Virus record (IMG/VR): IMGVR_UViG_2595698668_000001
Location: 167,744 to 231,743 of that record
DNA length: 64,000 nucleotides
Direction: 5' to 3' (one strand)
From: a virus
Lineage: Duplodnaviria; Caudoviricetes
Positions 20,125 through 29,674 of this stretch are shown here, one piece after another. A model generated the notes under the pieces. The model worked only from the letters and a program-made list of their open reading frames with translations. It was not told the DNA's origin and did no database searches. Each line of letters opens with the position of its first letter. The first letter of the stretch is position 1. Both the position numbers and the translations under genes were made by a program.

Positions 20125-21119
20125 TATTCGAAATAACGGAACGTGCAGAGTCCACAACAGAAAAACGCAATAGAAAACAATGGATTGATGTTGGTGTTGA
20201 TTATATGAACGCCAAGAAAAAGAACCCAAGTCTTACTGCAAAGAAATATGCAGAGGAAAAAGGGTTGAATTATGAAACATTCAGTAGAGCTATGCGCAGG
20301 CACAGAGAAGAAATAAAGACTTATTATTCTCTGGTGAATCCAAACAAGAATAAACAACAATGGATTGAGCTTGGTGTTGATTATTTGACACAAAAAGAAA
20401 AGAGTAGCATTACTCTAAAAAATTATATTGAAGGACGGGGACTTAATAAAGAAACCACGGAGCGGGCATTCAGAAGATTCAAGCAAGATATTCTATTGGC
20501 TAAGAAATTAAAAGACGCACAAATAAGCGGAAGAAAACTATCTAAAGCCGAAAAATATCAGATGCTATTGGCTGACTTTAGAAATAAAGTAAGACAACAT
20601 GAAAAAGAGCCAGTCAAGTCTCAGAAGAAGTCAACGGAATGGTTTAACAATTTCATAAAGAAAAACGTTCGGGGACACCAAGTAACAAGACCTATTGCTG
20701 GTCGATTGTATACTTTCGCATATGATGCAAAACATAAAGCAACCCTACCATACTGGGATAAATTCCCCCTGATAGTATATCTTGGTCTTAGTGCAAAACA
20801 CAAAGGTTTGATGTTGGGTCTCAACCTCCACTATATTCCGGTAAAAGCCCGTAAAGAATTTATGGAAGAGTTGCTGAAACATGCAACCACAGAGAGGATT
20901 ACCAACCGTACATCCCTAAATATCAACTGGGGTAAGGTTAAGGGAATGAGGGGTGCAGACCATATGATCAAAGCGTATTTGCCGGGTCATATTAAGGGTC
21001 CATTAATGGAGATTAAGCCGCAGGATTGGAGTTCTGTTATTAATCTACCGACTCAACGGTTTGTATCTGGTGTTCCTCCGAAGACCTATAATACGAATTC
21101 CGTTTGGAGATCATACTAA
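20121..21119 (+). CDS. 2: DNA end protector gp2
   Basis: YDAKHKATLPYWDKFPL, GLNLHYIP, IKAYL; N-terminal repeat duplicated. Confidence 0.95.
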   Translation: MIFEITERAESTTEKRNRKQWIDVGVDYMNAKKKNPSLTAKKYAEEKGLNYETFSRAMRRHREEIKTYYSLVNPNKNKQQWIELGVDYLTQKEKSSITLKNYIEGRGLNKETTERAFRRFKQDILLAKKLKDAQISGRKLSKAEKYQMLLADFRNKVRQHEKEPVKSQKKSTEWFNNFIKKNVRGHQVTRPIAGRLYTFAYDAKHKATLPYWDKFPLIVYLGLSAKHKGLMLGLNLHYIPVKARKEFMEELLKHATTERITNRTSLNINWGKVKGMRGADHMIKAYLPGHIKGPLMEIKPQDWSSVINLPTQRFVSGVPPKTYNTNSVWRSY

Positions 21120-22075
21120 TGAATTTAATACCACCTATTCCAACCATAGATACGTTGCAAAATGCGTTTGACCGGACACTTGAGTCCGGTCTTAATTCAC
21201 TAACAAATTTATCAATAGATGCATCAGATGAAATACCAGACCTAACTAGGTTCATGAGAAAAGTAGAAAATTCGGATTTGGCTAGACCTAACATGTTTAT
21301 TGTTCGGTTTGGGGATTTCCGAACATCTATATTCAGTGATGGTGTTTTTGACCGAGATCTTCCGATATTTCCGGACTCAAATAGTGGGATGGACGTCAAC
21401 GACAGCCTTTTCTCTGGTACAAGTTATGCTTGGCATAGAGTTCAGGATATTGCATTGGGACAAGCGCACAAAATCCTCACACCTAGCATGAAGAAGATTT
21501 TTGGTGCTTGGGATCCGTCCTTGATCCGAATCATACCGGGTGCAGGAGAGATCCTTGACGGATTTTTGGGAACTGATTACGATGTAAACCGTGATCTTGC
21601 ACTTATGGTAAAGAGTGTCGGTCTTCCTAGTTCTACTTTAGAAACGACAATCAACCGTACAGACAAACTACCTCGACATGAAGTACGGGGTAGAAACTAC
21701 GGAACCATGAGTATGACGTTTTACTGTTCCCCTTCTTACGAGGAACGTTCTTTGATGCTAACATGGCAGAATACAATTGTCAACCCAAGAAATGGACAAT
21801 TTGGATTTTATAATACGTATGCAAAGGATATTGACGTCATCACATTAGACCGTCATGGAGTTAAGCAATCCACCGTACATAATACAGGGTGTTTTCCCAT
21901 AGAGGTAGGTGAAGTCCAACTAGATTTTGAGAACAATTCTCAAGTAGCGACCTTTACCGTCACATTCGCTGTATCAACCACAGTGCATGTTCCTACTAAG
22001 GGTGAAGAGAACGGTATAGACTCTATAGAGAGTATCATAAGACGTACTACAGGCGTTGTGAAAGCCATACGTTAA
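21119..22075 (+). CDS. 54: Baseplate tail-tube initiator gp54
   Basis: DLARPNMFIVRF, LALMVKSVGLP, GCFPIEVGEVQLDFENNSQVATFTVTFA. Confidence 0.88.
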   Translation: MNLIPPIPTIDTLQNAFDRTLESGLNSLTNLSIDASDEIPDLTRFMRKVENSDLARPNMFIVRFGDFRTSIFSDGVFDRDLPIFPDSNSGMDVNDSLFSGTSYAWHRVQDIALGQAHKILTPSMKKIFGAWDPSLIRIIPGAGEILDGFLGTDYDVNRDLALMVKSVGLPSSTLETTINRTDKLPRHEVRGRNYGTMSMTFYCSPSYEERSLMLTWQNTIVNPRNGQFGFYNTYAKDIDVITLDRHGVKQSTVHNTGCFPIEVGEVQLDFENNSQVATFTVTFAVSTTVHVPTKGEENGIDSIESIIRRTTGVVKAIR

Positions 22076-22080
22076 TACTA

Positions 22081-22104
22081 AGCCATCCTACGGGGTGGCT
22101 TTTT
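22081..22104 (+). terminator. Intrinsic terminator after gene 54
   Basis: AGCCATCC-TACG-GGGTGGCT-TTTT. Confidence 0.75.
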
Positions 22105-22110
22105 CATATC

Positions 22111-22220
22111 TATAGATCTCGAACGTAGTGAGACGGCGTAGCCGCCTGTTCGCTTCGCTCACACTCTTTCTAATTATAGATCTTCTATATAAATACTTAT
22201 AGAGACTTTATAATTTGATT
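22111..22220. repeat. Origin-like dispersed repeat, copy 1 (GC mini-hairpin block + 53-nt AT block)
   Basis: 22168-22220 matches 52102-52154 at 49/53 nt; GC block is the reverse complement of the copy-2 block. Confidence 0.8.
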
Positions 22221-22272
22221 ACAAGTGAAACCATCTAAGATCAAGTCTTGAAGAACATCATGTTACAATGTA

Positions 22273-22279
22273 CTAAATA
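22273..22279 (+). promoter_or_regulatory. Late promoter CTAAATA for gene 26
   Basis: Heptamer ~30 nt upstream of the ATG. Confidence 0.7.
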
Positions 22280-22307
22280 AGTATAGATCTATAAGGGATT
22301 TTTAACT

Positions 22308-23093
22308 ATGACAAACAAAACCACGATTGACAAGAGTGTACTTCTTGCTGCTATGCAGAAAAACGTACAACAGACCAATGTGACTTTATCAGATGGTAGG
22401 AAGATCAAGGTTCGTGCTTTCTTGATGAAAGAAATGAAACTGTTGATGCTGGCTAACGAAGCTAATACTGGAATCGATGATGCAATCATTCAAATCGTAA
22501 AAAACTGTATCCTAACCGATAATGTTGATGTAGACCTTTTACCTGTGTTCGACTTAGAGGCTGTTTATCTAGCTTTGTATAAGCTATCAAAAGCCAGTCC
22601 TACTGTCCCAGTTATGTTTACTTGTGCTAACGAAATTCTTGATGAAGATGGTAATGTCCAATATGATCAATATGGTGAAATTGTTCGTTGTGGTTCTGAT
22701 ATCAAAGTAAACGTAAACTTGAATAATGCTAAATTGTCTGATGCACCAGATAACAAAATTGTTCTGAATGAGAACATGACCGTTTATATGAGATATCCTA
22801 ATATCAGCGAGGTTGAATATTTCAACGTAGAAGTTGAGTCTGACTTGTTTAACTTAATAAATCGCTGTATTGACGAAGTTCATATGGGAGATCAGGTTGT
22901 TAAGGTTGGTGTTGATATTCCGTATGAGGATATTTCGGAAATTATGGAATATGCCGATTCAGTTGCTTTGACCAAAATGGGAACATTTGTAACGGCTCTC
23001 CCCCAACATACTCTAAATATACCTGTAAAGTGTAAAAAATGTGGACACCAAGAAATTGTTACACTTAAAGGGGTAGAAAGTTTTTTCGCATAA
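22308..23093 (+). CDS. 26: Baseplate hub assembly chaperone gp26
   Basis: VRAFLMKEMKLL, LPVFDLE..YL, MRYP, CKKCGH...LKGVESFF. Confidence 0.85.
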   Translation: MTNKTTIDKSVLLAAMQKNVQQTNVTLSDGRKIKVRAFLMKEMKLLMLANEANTGIDDAIIQIVKNCILTDNVDVDLLPVFDLEAVYLALYKLSKASPTVPVMFTCANEILDEDGNVQYDQYGEIVRCGSDIKVNVNLNNAKLSDAPDNKIVLNENMTVYMRYPNISEVEYFNVEVESDLFNLINRCIDEVHMGDQVVKVGVDIPYEDISEIMEYADSVALTKMGTFVTALPQHTLNIPVKCKKCGHQEIVTLKGVESFFA

Positions 23094-23257
23094 CGCTTGT
23101 TAACCATACCATATACGATCATTTTAATACGGTATATAAGCTTAGAAAAGATGGATGGAGCCATTCAGACCTTGAGGATATGACCCCCTTTGAATTTGGT
23201 GTTTATGTTCACCTCTACCTAAACGATCTTAAAGAACAGGCGAGAGAAAAGGACTAA
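23084..23257 (+). CDS. 51: gp51-like ORF with no start codon at its 5' end; probable -1 frameshift extension of gp26
   Basis: -1 frame RITLVNHTIYDHFNTVYKLRKDGWSHSDLEDMTPFEFGVYVHLYLNDLKEQAREKD*; slippery T TTT TTC at 23081-23087. Confidence 0.7.
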   Translation, partial: FRITLVNHTIYDHFNTVYKLRKDGWSHSDLEDMTPFEFGVYVHLYLNDLKEQAREKD

Positions 23258-25120
23258 GTGATGATTGACAAGCAGAAACAGAACGAACTTGATAAATCGG
23301 TTCGAGATGTCACGGATGCTATGGATATTGTTTCTGATTCGATGCTTAAGTTGGACGACAAGACAGAAAAGTTGTCCAACTCAACAAAAGACCTTACCGC
23401 GTCTTATGATATTACCTCTGATTCCAGTCTGGAAGTCGCACAAGAACAAGAAAAATTAGCGAACCAGATAAAAGGTGCAAGAAAGGATAATAAGCGTAGT
23501 AATAAGGTTGAAAACGAATTAGTTTCAGCTAGACGAAAGCAACTGGAAGACATTTTAAATAATAAACAACCCCTAGTGGATTATAGCCAAGGTGTAAAAA
23601 GTCAGAACCCGGAACAGGGGGAAACTGCCAAACCTATGCAGGAAGACACTAGGGAGACTTTGAAAGAATTTATACAGCGCGAAGTTGGTGATCGCCGCGA
23701 ATTTGTGGAAAATTTCAAAGAAGAAAATCAAAAAACTGGTAAATTTGTTCGAGAGATAGCAAAAAAAGCTAATATAGTTGATCGAATGAAGAAATCAGAA
23801 ACATCAGCAACAGCGAAAATACTTGGTCATACCATGTCCGCTGGTATCGGTATGGTTACTGGAACCATAAACGATTTGTTATCAACTATTCCCGGTTATA
23901 ATCAGGCCGCTAATGCAACGAAGTTTGTTGGTGGGTCTATTATTGATGCACATAACGCACGTAAGGAAAAGAAATTAGATGCAAAAGCGAATGCGGCTTA
24001 TGAAGAGAAGAAGGCTGATGCTACTTCTAGATTCCAACAGATCCCACAAAACAAACCAGAAGACAAAGTAAAAACAGATAGAAATAACCAAGAGCAAAAG
24101 AAAGAAAGACAAGAAAATGGAAGAGAACGAGAGAATAACGAAAAGCGTCATAAAAGCTTAATCGATGTTCTTAAAGGTATCCAGATGTCCATGTTGATCG
24201 GTAAACTGATTGGTGGTGTTGGATTTGTTCTTAGTGGTCTTGTTTCTGGTATCAGTGTTCTATCTGGTGCAGTTCTCGGTTTGGCCCCTATGATTGCGGG
24301 TGCCCTATCTGCTGCTGTTGGTGGTTTAATTGCTAAGTTTTCGGGGTTGTTTGATAAGATACCGGGATTGGGAAGTAAGACCCCAACACCATCGTCTGGT
24401 GGAGTTAATCCAAACGATGTGTCTAAGGATCCTAAGAAGTCTCCGAAAACTACACAGCCGGATGGAAAGAAGCCACCAACCCCAGAACCAAGACCGGGAC
24501 AACCAGCAAAAATAGAGACACCTAAGACAAAGACTCCTACCCCTAAAGGGAAAGCTGGTATTTTGTCAAAGGCTGCGGATCTTGGTAAAAAAGGTTGGTC
24601 TGTTGCTACTGATGCTGCAAAATCAGCCTCTAAATTTATACCAAAAAGCGCACTAACTGGTGCCGGTATGGCGGTACGTGTCGCTGGTAGAGCAATTCCT
24701 TTTGTTGGTGCTGGCTTGATGGCTTATGAGTTGTATAACTTCGCCAAAGAGAATCCAGAGCTGTTAGATAAGGGTGTTGATGCTGCGAAGGGTGCTTGGG
24801 AAAGTCTTACCGGATCATTGTTTGGAAAAGCTAATGCTAGTGAAGCTCAACCGGAATCTAAATTAGGGAATGAAATTAAGGCTGGTGAAAATGAGCCTGT
24901 ATTTAAAACCCTTGAGAAAAGAAACCAAGAGGTTGAAGAATTCCGAGCTAAACAACAACGTGAAAAGGAAGAACGAGACGCACGACGTCAAGAAGGTGCG
25001 TTAATGGCTGCTGTAAATAATACCACATATAACAGTATGAATTCCGTTCTACCGTCTGGTTTTGGTGAATTTAGACCAGACCAACCACAATATTCATATG
25101 GGGTTCAACCGTCAACATGA
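23258..25120 (+). CDS. 29: Tape measure/baseplate hub gp29
   Basis: 620 aa helical, Gly/Ala-rich hydrophobic segments, RAIPFVGAGL motif; follows 26/51. Confidence 0.75.
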   Translation: MMIDKQKQNELDKSVRDVTDAMDIVSDSMLKLDDKTEKLSNSTKDLTASYDITSDSSLEVAQEQEKLANQIKGARKDNKRSNKVENELVSARRKQLEDILNNKQPLVDYSQGVKSQNPEQGETAKPMQEDTRETLKEFIQREVGDRREFVENFKEENQKTGKFVREIAKKANIVDRMKKSETSATAKILGHTMSAGIGMVTGTINDLLSTIPGYNQAANATKFVGGSIIDAHNARKEKKLDAKANAAYEEKKADATSRFQQIPQNKPEDKVKTDRNNQEQKKERQENGRERENNEKRHKSLIDVLKGIQMSMLIGKLIGGVGFVLSGLVSGISVLSGAVLGLAPMIAGALSAAVGGLIAKFSGLFDKIPGLGSKTPTPSSGGVNPNDVSKDPKKSPKTTQPDGKKPPTPEPRPGQPAKIETPKTKTPTPKGKAGILSKAADLGKKGWSVATDAAKSASKFIPKSALTGAGMAVRVAGRAIPFVGAGLMAYELYNFAKENPELLDKGVDAAKGAWESLTGSLFGKANASEAQPESKLGNEIKAGENEPVFKTLEKRNQEVEEFRAKQQREKEERDARRQEGALMAAVNNTTYNSMNSVLPSGFGEFRPDQPQYSYGVQPST

Positions 25121-25674
25121 TACATAATCAAGCACACATAACAAACATGCGTCTGGAAATCCCAGACGCAAACACAACAGCTAACTTTGTTACATCAGCT
25201 CAATCCGTTGTACTTCCAACTATGGAAATGGATATAACAAGGGTTTCGATAAATCAGATGACGTCCGGACTTATGCCGGGTTCGAAGATCATTTACGAAC
25301 CATTTAGGATTAGATTTTTGATTGATGAAAATTTCGAATCTTATAAAGAGTTATATCAATGGATGATCTCTGTTACTGATAGTAGAACTTTCAATTCCAC
25401 CGCCCATCTACCGGGGGCTAGACCTAGATCTATTTTGGTTCATATTCTAGACAACTCAAAAAAGAATATAGTGTTGACTTTCAAGTTTCACGACCCGTTC
25501 CCAAGTTCTTTGGACGATATAGAATTGTCCTATGTTGATGATGGAAACCCAGCCCTTATAGGTAATGTAACGTTTAGTTACTCATCTATGAGTGTTGTTG
25601 GTGTCAACGATTTGGAAATTCTACCAAAACAAAACCCGGTCGGTATCGGTGCAGGGCACCCATTCCAAAAGTAA
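25117..25674 (+). CDS. 3: Tail tube terminator gp3
   Basis: NQAHITN..LEIPD, FLIDENFESYKELYQWM, HILDNSK, FPSSL. Confidence 0.92.
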   Translation: MIHNQAHITNMRLEIPDANTTANFVTSAQSVVLPTMEMDITRVSINQMTSGLMPGSKIIYEPFRIRFLIDENFESYKELYQWMISVTDSRTFNSTAHLPGARPRSILVHILDNSKKNIVLTFKFHDPFPSSLDDIELSYVDDGNPALIGNVTFSYSSMSVVGVNDLEILPKQNPVGIGAGHPFQK

Positions 25675-25727
25675 AATCTAAAGGTACTTCGTCTTGGGGT
25701 ATAATAAACAAAAAGATGAGGTACTAT

Positions 25728-26459
25728 ATGATATACGCTATTTCTGGTTTGAAACGAACAGGTAAAGACACAGCCTCTAAGTTCATTCAAGAACTTACTG
25801 GGGCTGTTCCATATGCTCTAGCTCACCCAATTAAAAAATCTATCCATAGTGGATTACAACGTATTCAGAAAACAAAAGATATCAGCTTTGCTGATGTTAA
25901 TGGTGAAACTGAGTATGACAGAGAACAAGATTTAGGTTTGACTACTTTAGAATTAAAGAGTCTTCTAAATAATGCTATAATGTTTTGCCATAGACACAAT
26001 ACTTTCACATTTGGTGAAATGCATAAACTTTTCAATTCTGTTTCTGATCTTAGGTCAAGTGACAAAATGACAATAAAGGATATGTTGTGTATTGGTTTTG
26101 CTGAATTCTTTGGTAATAAGAAAAAAGCAGCAGAAATCGAAAATAAATATAAATGGTCTATTCGTAGACTGATGCAAGTTCTTGGTACGGATCTAGTTGT
26201 CAATGTAAGACGCGATTATTGGTTAGAGTGTATACCAGATGATGGGAAAGACATCATTATAACCGACGTAAGACAGGTTCACGAAATGCAATTTTGTCGT
26301 GCTGCTGGTGCCAAAGTAATCTTTATTTGTAAGACTGGTATTGTATCAACCGATTCACATATCACCGAGCGTGGTTTAGAACCATCGGCAAGTGATATCA
26401 TAGTTTTTAATGATGGTACATTAGAAGCTCTTAAGAAAAACATCAAATCAATTATTTAA
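25728..26459 (+). CDS. 1: dNMP kinase gp1
   Basis: ISGLKRTGKDT P-loop, SIRRLMQVLGTD, ITDVRQ.HE, DSHITE.GL. Confidence 0.95.
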   Translation: MIYAISGLKRTGKDTASKFIQELTGAVPYALAHPIKKSIHSGLQRIQKTKDISFADVNGETEYDREQDLGLTTLELKSLLNNAIMFCHRHNTFTFGEMHKLFNSVSDLRSSDKMTIKDMLCIGFAEFFGNKKKAAEIENKYKWSIRRLMQVLGTDLVVNVRRDYWLECIPDDGKDIIITDVRQVHEMQFCRAAGAKVIFICKTGIVSTDSHITERGLEPSASDIIVFNDGTLEALKKNIKSII

Positions 26460-26472
26460 TAGGAAAAATAAA

Positions 26473-26697
26473 ATGCAAGAACAAATTCAAAAACTGTCTA
26501 GTGACATCATCGTACTGAAAGCCCGGATCTTTGATATGAGCGAAGAATCAGTGGCAATTAGCCAACAGAATGCTAAAATTTTTAGTATGCTTGCGGAAGC
26601 ACTCGAACTAGATAAAGAAGAATCTTCTGACATTCAGTTCTATCTGAATAAAATCAACCACCTGAAACAAAATCAGGTTGAAGTTGTAAAAGAATAA
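26473..26697 (+). CDS. 57A: Tail fibre chaperone gp57A
   Basis: IQKLSSDIIVLKARIFD motif; synteny after gene 1. Confidence 0.8.
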   Translation: MQEQIQKLSSDIIVLKARIFDMSEESVAISQQNAKIFSMLAEALELDKEESSDIQFYLNKINHLKQNQVEVVKE

Positions 26698-26754
26698 TGT
26701 TATAAAGGGGTTGCTTTAATTAGCAATCCCTTTTCTTTTATGGAAGATAATAAA

Positions 26755-26895
26755 ATGGATGACTACTTTGATTTTGATCTTGAACGGATGCGAGTTGCTG
26801 TTGAAGGAGATACAATTTATAAACCAGAAGGTATGACTGTACGGGAGTGGCTGGATTGGTTAAAAACAGTTGACAACGAAAACAAAGAGATGTAA
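26755..26895 (+). CDS. Small hypothetical protein (46 aa)
   Basis: MDDYFDFDLERMRVAVEG...; below the ORF-track cutoff. Confidence 0.55.
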   Translation: MDDYFDFDLERMRVAVEGDTIYKPEGMTVREWLDWLKTVDNENKEM

Positions 26896-26940
26896 CCTAT
26901 AGTTGTTGCCTAAATACTGTTTTATAAAGGAATGATTTTT

Positions 26941-27954
26941 ATGTCTAAGATGTTTAATGAGCTGTTTGAATCTATGACTCAAGCAGTCGCGATGAAAGCT
27001 CTTGGTTTGACTGGTAAGTTTACTGATGACCAACTAAAGGCTGCATATCGCAAGGCAGCAAAGGATAACCACCCAGACCGTGGTGGTTCCACCGAAAAAA
27101 TGCAGGCAGTAAACCAAGCTTACGAAGAACTGAAAAAATCCGGCTCTCCTGCAACCCAAGAAGCCACATGGGCGCAGCGCAAGCAGAAACAGGAAGAAGA
27201 GAAACACGTTGTAACTAACTTCGTGACTCATATGTTTGACAAGTTTTTTGATACACAGGCTTATCTTGACTACTTCCAAAAGATGAGCGGTAAAAAGTTC
27301 ACATTTGAACGGAAAATTACCGTTGGTACTTGGGGAACCTCTTCTGTTGATTATAAATTTACGTCGGAAGACCGTACAGTTTTCTTTGACCTGAATGCAA
27401 TGGCTCATGTGTTTATCACCAAAGCTCTGGGTGCAGGTATTGATAAACCTGAGTTGGATAAAATGGGTGTTTTCACAGAGGTTCTTATTGACCGTAAAAA
27501 AGTAAAAATGACCCAAAGCAATTACAACCAATCCGAAACTGAAAAGTTTATGAAGGATCCGAAAATCCTTTTCCCAGAAACTAAGCTAAAGAAAGCTTTT
27601 TCTGGTGATAAAAAGGTCAAGCCGCTCAAGAAAGCCGATTATGTTCTTTTCGTCAAAAAAGAGCTTGAAGGGAAACATTTGGGTGGTGATGATTTCGCAG
27701 TTGACATTGGTAATGGTTCTGTGATTTACTTCTCTCGAATGACGTGGATGAGAAAGGGTGTATGGAATATCAGTGGTCGGACTGGTACTAAAGAACGTTG
27801 GTCTGTAACTACTCCGTTCTACGAGACCGAAACCCCGGAAAACATGGATGTAATGAAAGAACTTGTACATACCATGAAATCCCATAGTTCTTCTGGTGGA
27901 GCACAGATGGAAGCTCTTGTAAAGAAATTTATGTTGAAAGCCAACAAAGTTTAA
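26941..27954 (+). CDS. J-domain (DnaJ-like) protein
   Basis: LKAAYRKAAKDNHPDRGGSTEKMQAVNQAYEEL; CTAAATA at 26910-26916; AAGGA RBS favours ATG 26941. Confidence 0.9.
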   Translation: MSKMFNELFESMTQAVAMKALGLTGKFTDDQLKAAYRKAAKDNHPDRGGSTEKMQAVNQAYEELKKSGSPATQEATWAQRKQKQEEEKHVVTNFVTHMFDKFFDTQAYLDYFQKMSGKKFTFERKITVGTWGTSSVDYKFTSEDRTVFFDLNAMAHVFITKALGAGIDKPELDKMGVFTEVLIDRKKVKMTQSNYNQSETEKFMKDPKILFPETKLKKAFSGDKKVKPLKKADYVLFVKKELEGKHLGGDDFAVDIGNGSVIYFSRMTWMRKGVWNISGRTGTKERWSVTTPFYETETPENMDVMKELVHTMKSHSSSGGAQMEALVKKFMLKANKV

Positions 27955-28015
27955 AATTAAAAATAGGAGATTATAGTGTTATAATCTCCTTATAAAATAA
28001 CAAAAGGAAAGATAA

Positions 28016-28240
28016 ATGATTTTTATTGCTGATATTGTGGATCCATCTGAATTGGGTGGTGCGACTCGTACCGTTATTGACACCAAATTTATCAAAGGAC
28101 TATCCGAGAAGAACGGTGTTTCTTACATCACCTTTGATGTTCGTGGAACCGATAAGCAAAAAACTATTGCAATCCATCAGGATTTCGAAGCAATTTTCTC
28201 ATATATGCAGTTTGATGAACGGATCAAACTTAGCCAGTAA
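28016..28240 (+). CDS. Hypothetical protein
   Basis: ORF with AAGGA RBS followed by a hairpin terminator. Confidence 0.65.
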   Translation: MIFIADIVDPSELGGATRTVIDTKFIKGLSEKNGVSYITFDVRGTDKQKTIAIHQDFEAIFSYMQFDERIKLSQ

Positions 28241-28298
28241 AACGTATTAACACCCCTAGCGATTTTCGTTAGGGGTTTATTTTTTGATAGGATGGTTT

Positions 28299-28433
28299 AT
28301 GAAAGTAGTTCTTAAAAATGGTCAAGTAATCGAAGCGAAAGATGTAGTAAAATCAAAATACGATCACCTTGTTGTTACTGAACGCGCTGCATTTTGGATT
28401 GATAACAAAGAAATCAAAACCGTGGTGGTGTGA
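28299..28433 (+). CDS. Small hypothetical protein (44 aa)
   Basis: MKVVLKNGQVIEAKDV...; AGGA RBS. Confidence 0.5.
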   Translation: MKVVLKNGQVIEAKDVVKSKYDHLVVTERAAFWIDNKEIKTVVV

Positions 28434-28434
28434 T

Positions 28435-29424
28435 ATGGGTAGTTTTAATACTGTTTGTTCTGTTAGTCGTCAAATCGTTCAAGGTGGTGATAAAGTTCGC
28501 TTGATCCCAGTTGCTGGTAATCACTGTATTAGTGCTTTCCCACTAACTGCGGTGTATGACGATTATGGTGAGTTTGACATTGATGATAATCTTGCATTAG
28601 AATGCTTAATGAAAAACGTATCTATGTTTAACGATGGTGTCTCTAAAGAGAACTTAGCCCATGGGTTTTATCCATACGATGAAAATCGTTGGACAATTCC
28701 AGACCTATGGAACAAAACAAAACACGAGACTTCTTTTATTGTAGTAAAGTCTGATGTATATGATCTCGTCTCGGAGTTTGGTATTACTTGTTGGTGGGAG
28801 AAACCTGTATACGACGTTTCTGATGCAGATGACTGGCTACCGGTAACACCAGAACGAGTCGCTAGGCATCTTGAAACTCTCCAAGAAAGACTGAAAGAGT
28901 TGATCGAAGATAGTGAAGACCCAGAAGATGACATCCTTGTGAATCATGTTAAAATGATGATTGATAGTGTTCATATTGGTAATGCAAAACATTATAGACT
29001 TAACGAATTGATGAAAACCCAAGATCAGATTAATGATTATGCTCATCACGACGATACAACTTATGCAATTTTCAAAAATATTGAAGAATTTGCAAAATTA
29101 GAAAATTTTTATGCCGGTTGCAACAACTTGGATATTGTGTTAACATCACAGGAATATGGTCGTCAGACATGCAAACAGTTTGAAAAGGTTCGTATGATGA
29201 CAAAAATCCAGATTACTGGGTTTAACCAAACAGAAAAAATTCAGTTGACTCCGGTTGAGTGGGATGTTAAAATTCCTTACTCTATGGTTGTGGAATCAAC
29301 TAAACCCAATTGGTCAAATGAAGTTGATTTGATTCGAGTTGGCGACGGTCTTGAAATTACGGACTCTAAATACAATGAGTTCAAAGAGTATAAACACGAT
29401 GATGTCTATCTGAGTGAGAAATGA
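28435..29424 (+). CDS. Hypothetical protein
   Basis: Likely start MGSFNTVCSVSRQ; YDDYG motif; long ORF. Confidence 0.75.
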   Translation: MGSFNTVCSVSRQIVQGGDKVRLIPVAGNHCISAFPLTAVYDDYGEFDIDDNLALECLMKNVSMFNDGVSKENLAHGFYPYDENRWTIPDLWNKTKHETSFIVVKSDVYDLVSEFGITCWWEKPVYDVSDADDWLPVTPERVARHLETLQERLKELIEDSEDPEDDILVNHVKMMIDSVHIGNAKHYRLNELMKTQDQINDYAHHDDTTYAIFKNIEEFAKLENFYAGCNNLDIVLTSQEYGRQTCKQFEKVRMMTKIQITGFNQTEKIQLTPVEWDVKIPYSMVVESTKPNWSNEVDLIRVGDGLEITDSKYNEFKEYKHDDVYLSEK

Positions 29425-29674
29425 TATGATGGTTTTAGAAACAGAAAAAGTAAATTTAGCTGGAAGAATATACCCACTAGATATAGCAAACCAAATATGT
29501 TCTGTTCAACCTATAGATCCTGAGCCATTTCGAAAACTGTATGAGCGGGCTAAAGAGAACGAACGTATTAAGATTCGTCTTGCTAAAACCTTTATGGTCC
29601 CTGTATCGAGGATCGATGCATACTGCGTGGAAGCATATCGAATTGGTATAAAAGAAAGTAAAAATAAAAGTTAA
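29414..29674 (+). CDS. Hypothetical protein
   Basis: ORF overlapping the previous stop. Confidence 0.55.
   Translation: MRNDMMVLETEKVNLAGRIYPLDIANQICSVQPIDPEPFRKLYERAKENERIKIRLAKTFMVPVSRIDAYCVEAYRIGIKESKNKS

Noticed and set aside
24370-24560. Pro/Lys/Thr-rich low-complexity stretch in gp29
   Set aside because: A common flexible linker in T4-like tape measure proteins; no nucleotide repeat array
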